NCBI GenBank assembly: GCA_002633005.1
Contig: NMRA01000074.1
Location: 124,001-188,000 of the forward strand
From: Phoronis australis
Lineage: Eukaryota; Animalia; Phoronida
Direction: 5' to 3'
Length of the DNA stretch: 64,000 nucleotides
Part shown: piece after piece, positions 1 to 11,160 of the stretch
Position numbering within the stretch: position 1 is the first letter of the stretch
Layout: every line of letters starts with the position of its first letter
Program-made: the position numbers and the translations under genes
The notes under the pieces: generated by a model
What the model saw: the letters and a program-made list of their open reading frames with translations, nothing else
Told to the model about the DNA's origin: nothing
The model's database searches: none

Positions 1-978
1 TTCTATGTCGCCACGAGCAATCTGTTCAACTACTCGATCTAGACTTTCTGATAGGCAATTTGAGAACACTTCATGGAATTCTGCTACTCGGCCACTATCC
101 CACTCCAGTCGAGTGTTTGATTTCGATGCTGATTGGCTAACGCTACAACGACTGTCATACACACAATTACCTGCAACATTACAAACAATAGGAAAATGGT
201 CAGACTCGTCAAATGTGCCTACACTAAAATCTGAAATATGTTGAAAGAGACTTGTCGATACTATCAAATAGTCTACAGTGCTACAACCACCTGAAGCGTG
301 ACATGTAAACTCGCCATGTTTATCACCCTGACTCCTACCGTTAACTATATGCATGTTTAAGTCACAACACAATTCAATTAAAGTTTTGCCAAAATTATTT
401 ACAGTTTCATCCTTAGACTGCCTGGGCCAACAAAATGTGTCACTATCGTACCAATCTTGACACGTTAAGAAATCCGCACTGTCATCTAGAATATAGTCTT
501 GCAAGTTCCCAACTCTAGCATTTAGGTCACCCATGACCACAAAATGACAATCACAAAACTTCTGAGACAAATTCAACAACTCTTGGCCAAGCAGGGTTAC
601 CCCATTTTTCTCTGCGGAGTTTTCATACACTGGCGACCCTTCTGGGGCTACATAAATAAAACAAATAATAACATCGTTGTCCGTCTTAAACAACCTTTTG
701 TCGCCCTTTATGACTACACCGTGAATATGATCAACCTTCAAACGTCTAAAATATTTTCCTAATTCATCTTTGATAAATACACTCACTCCTCCGGAGTTTC
801 TTCCAAATTTTCTTCTCTTTATGTTTTGCACATCGAAATTTACATAGCCTGGTACACTAAACTGGTTTGGTTTATTTGCCCATGTTTCACTGACTGCTAC
901 TACATGATACCTAGATATAAAGTCAATAACCTCAGATTGTCCAATCTTTTTGGCGAGACCATGTGCGTTCCAGCTCAT
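1..978 (-). mobile_element. Non-LTR retrotransposon (CR1/L2-group-like) ORF2, APE endonuclease domain, open to the window edge
   Basis: 326 uninterrupted codons with MSWNAHGL, VAVSETW, GRNSGGVSVFIK, VMGDLNARVG, STVDY and ESDHFPI motifs. Confidence 0.92.
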
Positions 979-1023
979 CAAGGATATGCCGTTTGTATAC
1001 AGGGGTGGGCCTTGGCCTCCATC

Positions 1024-1281
1024 CTATCTGTTGCATTCAAACACTCTGTTGTTGTCTTCGTCGTACATATAAGTTTTCCTATCGTGAATGAGTTTGTCAT
1101 ACCGTATGCTTGCATTTTCCATGTCGTTTCCCTTCGAGAATTTATACAGTTCCTTTCTGGCATTGCGCACTCTAACTGAAAAATCTTCGGTAATGTGGAT
1201 GGCTGGGTTTTGTAGGTTTTTGCGTTTCTTCATTGACAATTTATTCTTTATAGTTCCGCATGCAAAACTGGAACATTTCAA
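1024..1281 (-). mobile_element. LINE ORF1 C-terminal fragment (L1/Tnp22-like C-terminal domain); upstream part not seen
   Basis: KRKNLQNPAIHITEDFSVRVRNARKEL...IRYDKLIHD motif typical of LINE ORF1 C-termini; lies directly upstream of the APE ORF. Confidence 0.8.
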
Positions 1282-2879
1282 TTCCTATAACAGGCGTTTT
1301 GGAGAACATTAGCCAAACCCGATAATATCTGAAAGTTTCTTATGAATCCGTTCAGCTACGTCTGACATATCATGTTCCGAAGTTGGCCAAAATTTAACAT
1401 TTTTTCTACGGTCCGACATAACCAAGAGTTTTAACCGAATTTTCACCACGCTGACATTATTGCGGACCTGTGATGGTTTTTAAACCACAGATAATGCCCA
1501 CGTTTGTGTGGCAAACTACTTGTTTGGTACCCTATCAGGTCGGCGCTCTGCAGAAAAGGCAACACTGTACTACCCCAATGCTAGCCTCGTTCGTTCCCAA
1601 GCCTCTAGATGGAGCTGATCTGTTTAGCCATTTGACGATGTTGTTCTTCAACTTGGAATCATGAGTGAACTTGAAATAAATTTCTATTCCAAGTTCACGC
1701 AAGTGATCTTGAGATTACGCAAGCAATTGCGACATCTAGTGTGCAACTGTTAACTAAAATTTCGAATGGTGGACATGAATTCGTTTGTCGTGAGTTATTG
1801 TTTCTGTTTTAATTATTTTTATTGCCCATTCTGTATGTTATTCTGGTATTGGTAAATGTTTCCAAAGGTGGTTTGACTGGGATGGTTGGGTTTGTGACCG
1901 AGGGGCTGAAATGATTGGCAACCTGGGACCTTTGCAATGAAAAGGATTAAGATCATTAAGAGCAATGAATGTACCGTACCGAGAGGGGTTTTGCATTGAA
2001 CAGTTTGTCATGCAACGTTGTACTTGCCACCTCACACCCCGTGTATACGCCAGTGCTTGGAGCTCGCAATTTGCTCGTAATTGGTGGAAGTGTTTTCATT
2101 TATATCTCACTTATGACATCGCCAATCGCTGCCAGCATGGCCTAAGCAGGGATCTGTAATTCTTTCTTATCTGATTAAGGAAGAAGTTCAGATAACGCTT
2201 GTTGAGTAAAAGTGTTATTTTTGGCAAATAAAGTGGAAATACTCATTTCATTTTTAAACGTGCAATTTCATGAATATTAGTTTCTAATTGGTATGCTGTG
2301 TGATGTCAGGTCTAAATATTGGTGACAATCACACAAAAGTTACAGAAAACAACTCTCTGAAGTTCTGTTGACACAGGTTTAGAATGTTCTCATAGAGATG
2401 ATTATACTTTTCTGGCCTACGATATTTTTGCCTTTCTCTGCTCAGTACAGACCCACATAACTATACGCCAATGTATGTAAAGACAGACAAAAATGGCCCA
2501 GTGAAATAATACTGTCCATACCACTTGCTTTGGCACAATAGTTTCAAACCACTCAGTGCCGAGCATTCTTTGTTTTAAAAGCAACCATGCTAAGACTGAA
2601 TGAGGTAACATATTGTCGACATCTCTAAATACTGTTGATAAAATTTAACAACTGGACTGAAACATGGTGGTATACAGTAATGTTTGATACAAATGTTCCC
2701 ATGTGAGTGAGGAGCATACAGAGGTAATGACATATCTAAGTTGTGTTAATATTAGTTTTTCGTTATGCAAGATAGGTGATTTTCAGCTTCTTATGCAGTT
2801 GTCATTGTCCTTGAAAGTTGTCTTTTATCAAGAACGTGTTTGTTCCATCAACGCTTTCATTTATAGTTGTCTATAGCAT

Positions 2880-3197
2880 AGGCGGGGGCCCGCCCCCCCC
2901 CTCCCCTTGGCTGCCGCCAGCAAAATGAAACAGAAACAGCGTGAAGCGCAAAGAAAAAGAGAGTTCACTAACTAGGTCCGGTAGCGGATGGGGTGGGAGG
3001 GGGCTCAGATCCCAGATTGCGGTGGAATCGTGTTCCCGTTTTTTTTTTAGTCCACCGATAAATTTTCTGAGCAGAAGGTCCGCATCCTCAGCTCCCACAA
3101 CTTTCGGGCCTCCTGTGCGTATACAATCGCGCTTTGCCCAATTCCCTGAGACAACATGTTGGGCCGCCCCCCTTATGGTATCCTAGATCCGCCACTG
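2880..3197. mobile_element. GC-rich non-autonomous interspersed element ending ...CTAGATCCGCCACTG
   Basis: Abrupt GC-rich block with poly-C/G tracts and a CAGTGGCGGATCTAGG terminus on the minus strand; no ORF. Confidence 0.5.
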
Positions 3198-6100
3198 TAT
3201 AGTACATAAAATACTTGAATGCGATGGGTGATCTTGTTTGAATCTGCTGACAAATAAATTATCTTCAGCTAGAGAATAATAGATTTTCCATTTACTTGAT
3301 TTCCTTATAGATTCAACATCCAACTACTGAAAAATAAATCCGGATCCTTGTTCACTCTTCAAAACTCGTTGTATATGTATGCACGTCAACATGAAAACAA
3401 TTTTGTATGTAATGCGTATTTTTGATTGAAGAATTTTGTATTTAGTATTATCGTGTTTGCATAAAAGGAATTTAAGCTATTCTATTTATTATAAACAGGT
3501 TCCAAACAGCTTCCTGTCTTCCAAAAAGTCACGGATAAGAGGAACAGTCCCCCTCAGCTGACGCAGCATGTTCAAGCTACTAAATCAGGGACACACAACA
3601 GGTCTCATTGACAGCACATGTTAGTGAACATCTTTATCGCTTACACTGAATCGGTGATAACCATTCGTGCTACTGTGCCCTGTCTGTAGGTCAAAAGATT
3701 AGCCATAGTTGGAGGACCCCATTTCATTGCTGTTACAGCATTTGAAGCTGCTTGCCAGTGAATCACTTTAAATGTAGCATATGTCCCTCTCAGGTCTATG
3801 TAACCTAATCTGCCTGATAGATCAGTATATATTTTTTACATGTATTAAATGGCTACTGATGCTTATTTAATGACAAGTTTGATGTACTGACATTGTCTGC
3901 TTACTTTGTTGTCAGGGTATCTGATGTGTCACATTGCTAGTTGCGTGACATCATGGTGGCGTAAATGAAAAGTGTTATTCCACAGGCTGGTGGGTCAAAA
4001 CTATCAAACTGTGTTCCAGACAATCAGAGGACAGAAGTATCAGTTGTCGTAATGAAACAACATGAATAACCCAAAATTTAATGTCGGGACATAAGGTTAT
4101 GTGGCACCTTACTGACAAATATCTACAAACTTTGGAATTTAGCTTTCTTAAACACTACCTTAATTCATGAAAGTAGAGAGTCCGTATATAATGACTTTAT
4201 ATATCAATCTGCCATTAATTGGGTCCCTTGACCATATTTTTAATAAGATTCGGGAAAAGGGAATACATTCATAACAAAACAGTGGAGTCGATAACATGAC
4301 CAATTTTCTTTTTATATAAATGTTCAAGATGGAATCTGAAAAATGCCGATTCTGTGTTTTAGTTTTTCAGGAAATTACTGAAAGTCCCTGTTTTAGCTAG
4401 CCCTCCCATGCCAACTAAAGTAGATCAGTCAAAAGACAATTTCTAAAAGCCTGATGGGGAACAGTGCATAAAGTACAAGATCTGAAAGTTTTTATTCGAA
4501 TCCTATCAGCCATTTGCAATACACTCTATCACAGTGCTAAACGAAAGTTAGCACTGTAGAATGTTGTTTAATATGGCCTCCCATTGGTTAAATAATGAAA
4601 CTGACGTCATAACATTCAGCCATTCCCATTGGTTGAAAGTTGGGAAACCCCTTTCAGTTTACAAATTACNTCACTCAAATCGAATCATCCGCCGCGCGCA
4701 TAGAGCAGTTCCATGCGTGCCCACACACAGTCCTTTCATTCAGTGAATCGGAAAAATATTGAAACTCAGTACGAGGTGCATATAGCATAGACATATGATG
4801 CGGACAACGAAAACAAAACGTAGGTTTGAAACTGAGGGATCGAACTGTACGACTGCGTGCAAGACCGTTGAGAAAGAACGCACCGAGTCCGGTCGTGTCG
4901 CCGTCGTCTGTGACTTGGTGTTCTGGAACACAGCAAGTTGTGAAAAAGATAAATCCTCACTCAAATTCAATATTTTCATCGGTTATTTGACGTTTCACTG
5001 TTTCCGGCGATCTTGTGCTAACGGCGCACTTTAACCACCGATTCGATTTCTATTTTTCATTTCGTTCGCGTATTGTGTATCACAATGAACTGTTGACCTA
5101 CAGTTACTGCTGAGTCCGCCTTTGACTTAATTCGACTCGACGCACTGAAACCCCATGTAAAAAATAAAACGTTTTATTTATAATTAAGTTAATTTATGTA
5201 CTGGAAATTCAGTTAACATTGCGAGTGAGTGTTAAAATAACCAACAAGGTGAAGACATGTATAGGTTAATTATTAAATTCATCAAAATTTTCACCGAAGA
5301 CGGAGAACCATCAGACTAGAGGCTCGACGTTTTCCGCGTTTTTCCGGCTTCGGCAAACCGACTTAACTTGAACTTGGGACCACGAGTTCTCGAAAACGAC
5401 TCTGCAGATTTCTCTGAAACTTTTCAGTTTTAATGTTTATTTAACAATGTCAAAATCGCTTTAAGGTTTTGTTTTTAAACGGTTCGAGTTTTATTGTACT
5501 GTGCCTTAGACGAATACGACCGCTGTTTTTTACAAAAATGCCCTAGGTTTTGCGAGTTGATTCGGCGAAGAAACCGAACTACATGAGTTATCGAGAATCC
5601 TTTATATCAATTTTGAGAGATGTTGACAAGTTTTCATTCAAAGAAGGTTTCATTAAAATGGACTAAAGGGTATTTGTCCTATGAATGTACAAATGTTAAA
5701 AATGAAAATTTGACTTGGAGGGCTGACCACGTTAGGAGAATGATGATACGCAAGTACAAAATGGTATCTCTATAATCCATGATCTTTGTTCTTTCAGAAA
5801 ATATATACTACTACTGGTTGACTCAGCCTAGGTTTTCGGGTAACTGGCTCTGAATTAACTTTCCTCAATGTGGTCCTACAAAACCTGTATGTAAAGCTTT
5901 ATTTTTGAGTAAAGAAAGGATAGTCGATGTTCTGTCTACAAACCTGTTCGAAGGAGCAGCTGGATACTAAATGTGCATTCGTCACAAAGCCGTGACGCAA
6001 CCAAATTCTTCAGTTTCAAAAAAAATATGTCTTGAAAGATCGGATGAGCCATTTAGACTACTTTATTTTGTCGCAGGTTAGTATACATACGTCGGATCTT

Positions 6101-6684
6101 GACCTTTGCGGAAAAAACGCAATTTTCTGTCTGACGACTGGCCACTGGCGGAATTAAAATGTCGCGAAAGGTGAGTTGATCAAAGGGCAAGGCATGCTGT
6201 TTCTGCCGTTCTTGGCCAACATTCACCATTCTGCCTGACGACGATAGGTATCCGGACTATAATGACCCCGTGAAAAAATAATCGGGGGGGGGGCATTTTT
6301 CACTATCAAAATGACTCCGGATAGTTTTTTCACGGGTAAATGTTACATACGTCCGTAAAAACTTGTTCTGTCAGTATAAAACGGCCTTGCATTGAGGGGT
6401 TAGGATAACTTGGAGACATACGCCGGCCGCAATAGGGGGATCTTTAAATTACAAATCCAATCGATACGCATATGCCAGTGTCTGGGCGGGGGCTACTGGC
6501 GTGGGTTTGCTATCAAAGACTAAAACCACCAAGGAGTGGTAATCTGGGTCAAGTGGCTGAACTTACGACTGAAGCCTGGGATTACCGGGGGGAGGGGGGN
6601 ACGGTACTAACATTCGATGAAAAACATTCTATACCAAAATTGGCAAGTGGCACTTGTATAGGCCTGTAGTACAGTTTTCAATGG

Positions 6685-7066
6685 CCCCGGCCAGTTGCAC
6701 CAGTCAGTCCCAAATAGGGACTCAACTATAACTACTGCGTATTTGCGGGCTTGTGAAAACACTGATTGTCCTATACTCTTATGCTGTTTGAATATACGCC
6801 AATTTTTGTCTTTTATACAAATCGAGAGTAAAATCTAGATTGAATTCCATGAAAATTGAGGGATCTTTTCAATTTGATTGAATTTAGGGCTCAGTTTTTA
6901 GTTATCGATTATTAGAAAATGTCATTATTCAAAGAAGAGCTCATAATAAAGATTCAATTATATAGAAAAAATATTACACATGTGCCTAAAAAAACGAAAC
7001 AGTACGAAAAAGATTTAGGGACCTTAGATGAGTCCCTATTTGGGACTGTTTCATGCAACCGCGGGT
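6685..7066. mobile_element. MITE with terminal inverted repeats (possibly PIF/Harbinger-like)
   Basis: Perfect 20-bp IR cagtcccaaatagggactca (6705-6724) / tgagtccctatttgggactg (7029-7048), extending imperfectly outward through gttgca/tgcaac. Confidence 0.6.
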
Positions 7067-10000
7067 ACAGTCCCCCGGCGGGGGGTGGGAACCAGGTAGT
7101 GGGGACCCGAATTGTACGTATACGTATTGAAGGGGGGCTGTAGCGATCAGGGTTGAGTTGCATATCTAAAGTTTCAAAAGTTATCCGCTGGATAAGTTTG
7201 ATTATTGCATGACGCCACTGAAGTGCCTTGTTCAACAATAACAACGTGACACGTGCATTCAGTTGCTATACAGCGTATAACTTTTATGCAACTGGGCCCA
7301 GATCAGTAGTAGAGGAGCTGGCCGCGCTACGAAGGCTGGGATCGGCAACCAGAGGACTACGCCGGTACAGTTGTCTGATCTCGGCGGGGCCGGGGACGGG
7401 CTTCTTACATCAAGGTACAAGAGAAGGGATCAACGATGTGCAAGGTATAAAAGGGTGTCCGCATGCAGGCCCAGAACCAAAGTGCGGGAGCAATGAGAGC
7501 CACTCCCTGAGCTGGTTCTGAGATCGAAGAAACATGTCTGATAAATACCCACTTTAGAGACGACTGCCGAGATGCAATCGACAGCACGATGCGCGGGATG
7601 GGAGGGAGGGGATAAATAACTTGCGTGAGTGAAGAATTTTATGCTTGCCTAAGTGGTGCGCAGCAAGAGAATGTGCATTACTTTTTCAGTGGGCAGAGAA
7701 TATGCGTGGGAGCTGCGGCGGTCAGTTCGCGAGCAGAGGAAAGCGAAAACTGCGGTGCTCAGTGTGGTATCCCGTTATTCGAATCCGTGAGAGCTGGGTC
7801 AAGCGCGCGTGAGAGAATTTTCAGTTTCTCAACTATGAGCAGAGCGCTGTGTATCAGAATGAAGTGGAGGGAGGGAAAAGAACGATTTGAAATGTTTTGG
7901 GAGCGAGGCTTATCTCTTTGCTAGCAAATAATTACACTTAGGGTGTGGGATACAATGAGATAAATATAACTATGTATATAGCTCATTGGTGGGATATAAC
8001 AAAACGCCGCCTGGTGCGAGATCAGGACTTCGTATCCGTGATACAAGAATAGCATGCGTGAGAGAATTTTTGTACGCTGGCAACCACGAGCGATGCACAC
8101 TGCTTTTTAACCTTTAAAACCTGCAAGTTATTTATGTGAAAGAATGACCCCATGGGGTCATTTTTTCACAATAGTTCCCATTAAATTCACACCCACCGGC
8201 AGTTAAAAAGCGACTTGGGTCATTTTTACAGAGTCATTATTTAATGCTGCACCAGCTCCACTAAGGCCCAGACAAAATGTCTAATTGCAAGTCCAGAATG
8301 AAGCCAGGTACGGAAAAACAAACTTCCCATCATCGGTATTTGTTAGATGGGCATATAATCAAATCTATAATCTAATCTTAGTTGTAATGTCAACAGAGTA
8401 TTGGTTCTGGTCACAAAGTTGTGGTGTGGTATTTTTAGCAGCTCACTTCCTCAAAACAATCACTGGAGATGAGCAAAAATGATGCGGGATTTTTTTATTC
8501 ATATCCTTTGGCATATGGCAACTCTAACATTGCTTACCCTTCTGGTTACCAGTCCCCCTGAACACCCCTAAGTCCGCCTCTAATGAAAATGTCACAAGAC
8601 CAGGTGCATTTTGTATTTAACCAAGATCATAACAACATAAACAGAATTAAGAATTTACAAACATCTTATCACAGATAGGAGTTAAAAGTTTTTAAAAAAC
8701 ATAAATACATGTTAAAAGACCATAAAGAAACTGCAACATTTAATAACAAAATTAGCTTAGCTCTGCAATGTGCAAAGATTGCGCCTTTTCATCATAAAAG
8801 CCATATAATGTTACATGATTGACAAGAATTATGCAGACCCCATCATAAGAGCAAAATAATATCACTGAAAACCATTTAAAATTTCTTTTAGCTAGGCCCT
8901 GCAAACACACACGTCAGACTACAAGCATAAACAAAATGTTTTGGATAGAAAAATATTGACTAAATCAAGGAATACATTCACTGTATCTTAAGAACTGGCA
9001 ACAAAATAATTGTTTAATAACTACCAATCTTTCATTCTTACTTGCATATTCTAAAACATCTTTGAAGAATACAAAACTGAAAAGTGATTTTCAATTTAAA
9101 AGTAAGATGTAGAGGTAACCAGATAGTTAAACAACATAACAACTAATGAAACCAGAAAACAGGAAAATTTACTGATTAACGACAAAAACTCTTCACTTGG
9201 GGACAAAAATAATTGCTAAAATTGACATGTTTCTATTTTTTGAAGGCTTACTACATTGTTACAAATGCTCAAATTTTTATCAAATGTTGAACAACAGCTC
9301 CACCAAACAAACTGTGGTGACAAGGACATAAAATTTCCTTGGAATATCCCGAAGTCAAGTAATTCGACAATACAAAACTCCTATCTGCCATGTTGTCCCA
9401 AAGTGAAGATTTTTTTTTTAAATTTACTCTTAACTTATATCCTTAGGTTATAAAACCTATTGTGTGAAGAAATTTTTAAAATCCGGTGATTTGATTGGTC
9501 ATTCTGCAGTTCAAAAGCTATCCACCGTTATGCTTTGTATTTCACAAAAAATTTCAATAAGGGCAGTTATACTAGGTAATGATGTACCTATAACTGCGGT
9601 AAGTCTAATTGTCTTCATGCAGTTTATGTATATGTATTTATTCACTCAAAAATCAACTTCCGATCAGCAAGATTTTCTTGTTAGTTGCTAACGGAAAATT
9701 TCTTACAGTAAAATCCCAACAACTTGGTACAGAAAACAGCACAAGTAAAATTTAATTTTGTAATTTTTTTTCATTAAAAGACCATAAGTGGTACCAAAAG
9801 TTTTCAATTTTTCATTAATTAAACAATCATGAAGTGGGACTGAAATTAATGGTTTACCTTTTTTGAGTTCTTAACCTACTGTAACAATCACCCAAAAGTA
9901 TCAAAATTCATGAGCATTATTTCTCACTGCTCAAAAACCTTGACTAGAGAAATGAAATGAAATGTCAATTCTGGCCATAGTCTTGTCCGAAATCGTTGCG

Positions 10001-10106
10001 ATTTTACAAGTGATCAGTTTTGTCTTGTACATACTACAGACACATTCGGTCAATGTTCGGTCCCAAATCATTTCAATTGTATGCAAATTAGCATGATGTG
10101 ATAACT

Positions 10107-10220
10107 TTAATTTCTCCACACTAAGAAGTAGACATTTCCCAACTCATCACCAGCCACCAAGCCACCAGAGGGAGCCACTGCCAGACTAGTGACAGGAGCT
10201 TGTGTGTAGAACTGACCTGT
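10107..10220 (-). CDS. TEP1: TEP1 terminal exon 47
   Basis: [40 protein letters not shown]. Confidence 0.93.
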   Translation of the reverse strand, partial: TGQFYTQAPVTSLAVAPSGGLVAGDELGNVYFLVWRN

Positions 10221-11120
10221 CTGAAATAACATGTCAACAATGACGTCAGTACAGTGGCAACTAACAAGTGCCAAAGATACGACTAGTATCTGGACTTGGG
10301 AAACAGCAGATAGTTCATGAAACAAAAGTTAGATGGAGTAACTGTCTCTCCGCTTTGAAACTCTAGCAATAACAATTTTCAGACAAACCTTAATCGAAAT
10401 CTTTTCAATGGATGCCAAATTATTAGCCACATACAGCACACGTCAAAATGAAAATGACAAAATTCTGTTTTCCCGTCATGACGACTATGACTCATTGTGA
10501 ATCATCATTACAGCAACTATAACTTACTGTAAATTCTGCTTTGCAGGAATTCTGTTTGTGTTCAATTGTCATGACAGGGAATTGTGGGTCATCATGTCTG
10601 TCAGTGGTGTACATTATGTAAAGAGTATCAAAAGAGAAGCAGTTGGAAATTCTGTATACAACATTTCTCTTATCATCTGACTACAACATAATAATAAATT
10701 TCTTTTGAAAGTCACAATGGAAAATTTGCACAATCATTTGAGAAGCTCACCTGCTTCAGATTGGTGTCCCACACTTTGATACATCCATCTCTGGACCCTG
10801 TGTAGGACTGACCATTACCATGGACCATGGTGGTGATTGCTCTGGAGTGGATCTAAACAAAACACACGGATGTCAGTGAGCTACTAATCACAGACTAACT
10901 TTTAACCTCCATGATAACTCACCGTTAGACGTACAATGGCAGCCATCACTTTGCATGATGTGGATTACTAACATAACACGACCTTCACAATCTGAGAGAT
11001 CAACACTAGCCTTGTGCATCAGCCCGTGGCAGTTTGAAAATTACAAGGTCATCATTTGTGACCTCGGCAAAATTCCAGCACACAATTTCAACATGCAGTC
11101 TCCACACAAACGCACCCACC

Positions 11121-11160
<40 letters not shown>

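Noticed and set aside
1900-4060. Scattered AG/GT-flanked segments suggesting a plus-strand gene
   Set aside because: No consistent frame or recognisable protein could be assembled.
4090-5760. Composite DNA-transposon-like region (also 49450-50350)
   Set aside because: Looks repetitive, but I could not pair termini or TSDs confidently, so it is not listed as a feature.
8480-10106. TEP1 3' UTR and poly(A) signal
   Set aside because: Several minus-strand AATAAA candidates lie in AT-rich sequence (e.g. near 9636 and 8494); one cannot be chosen without transcript data.
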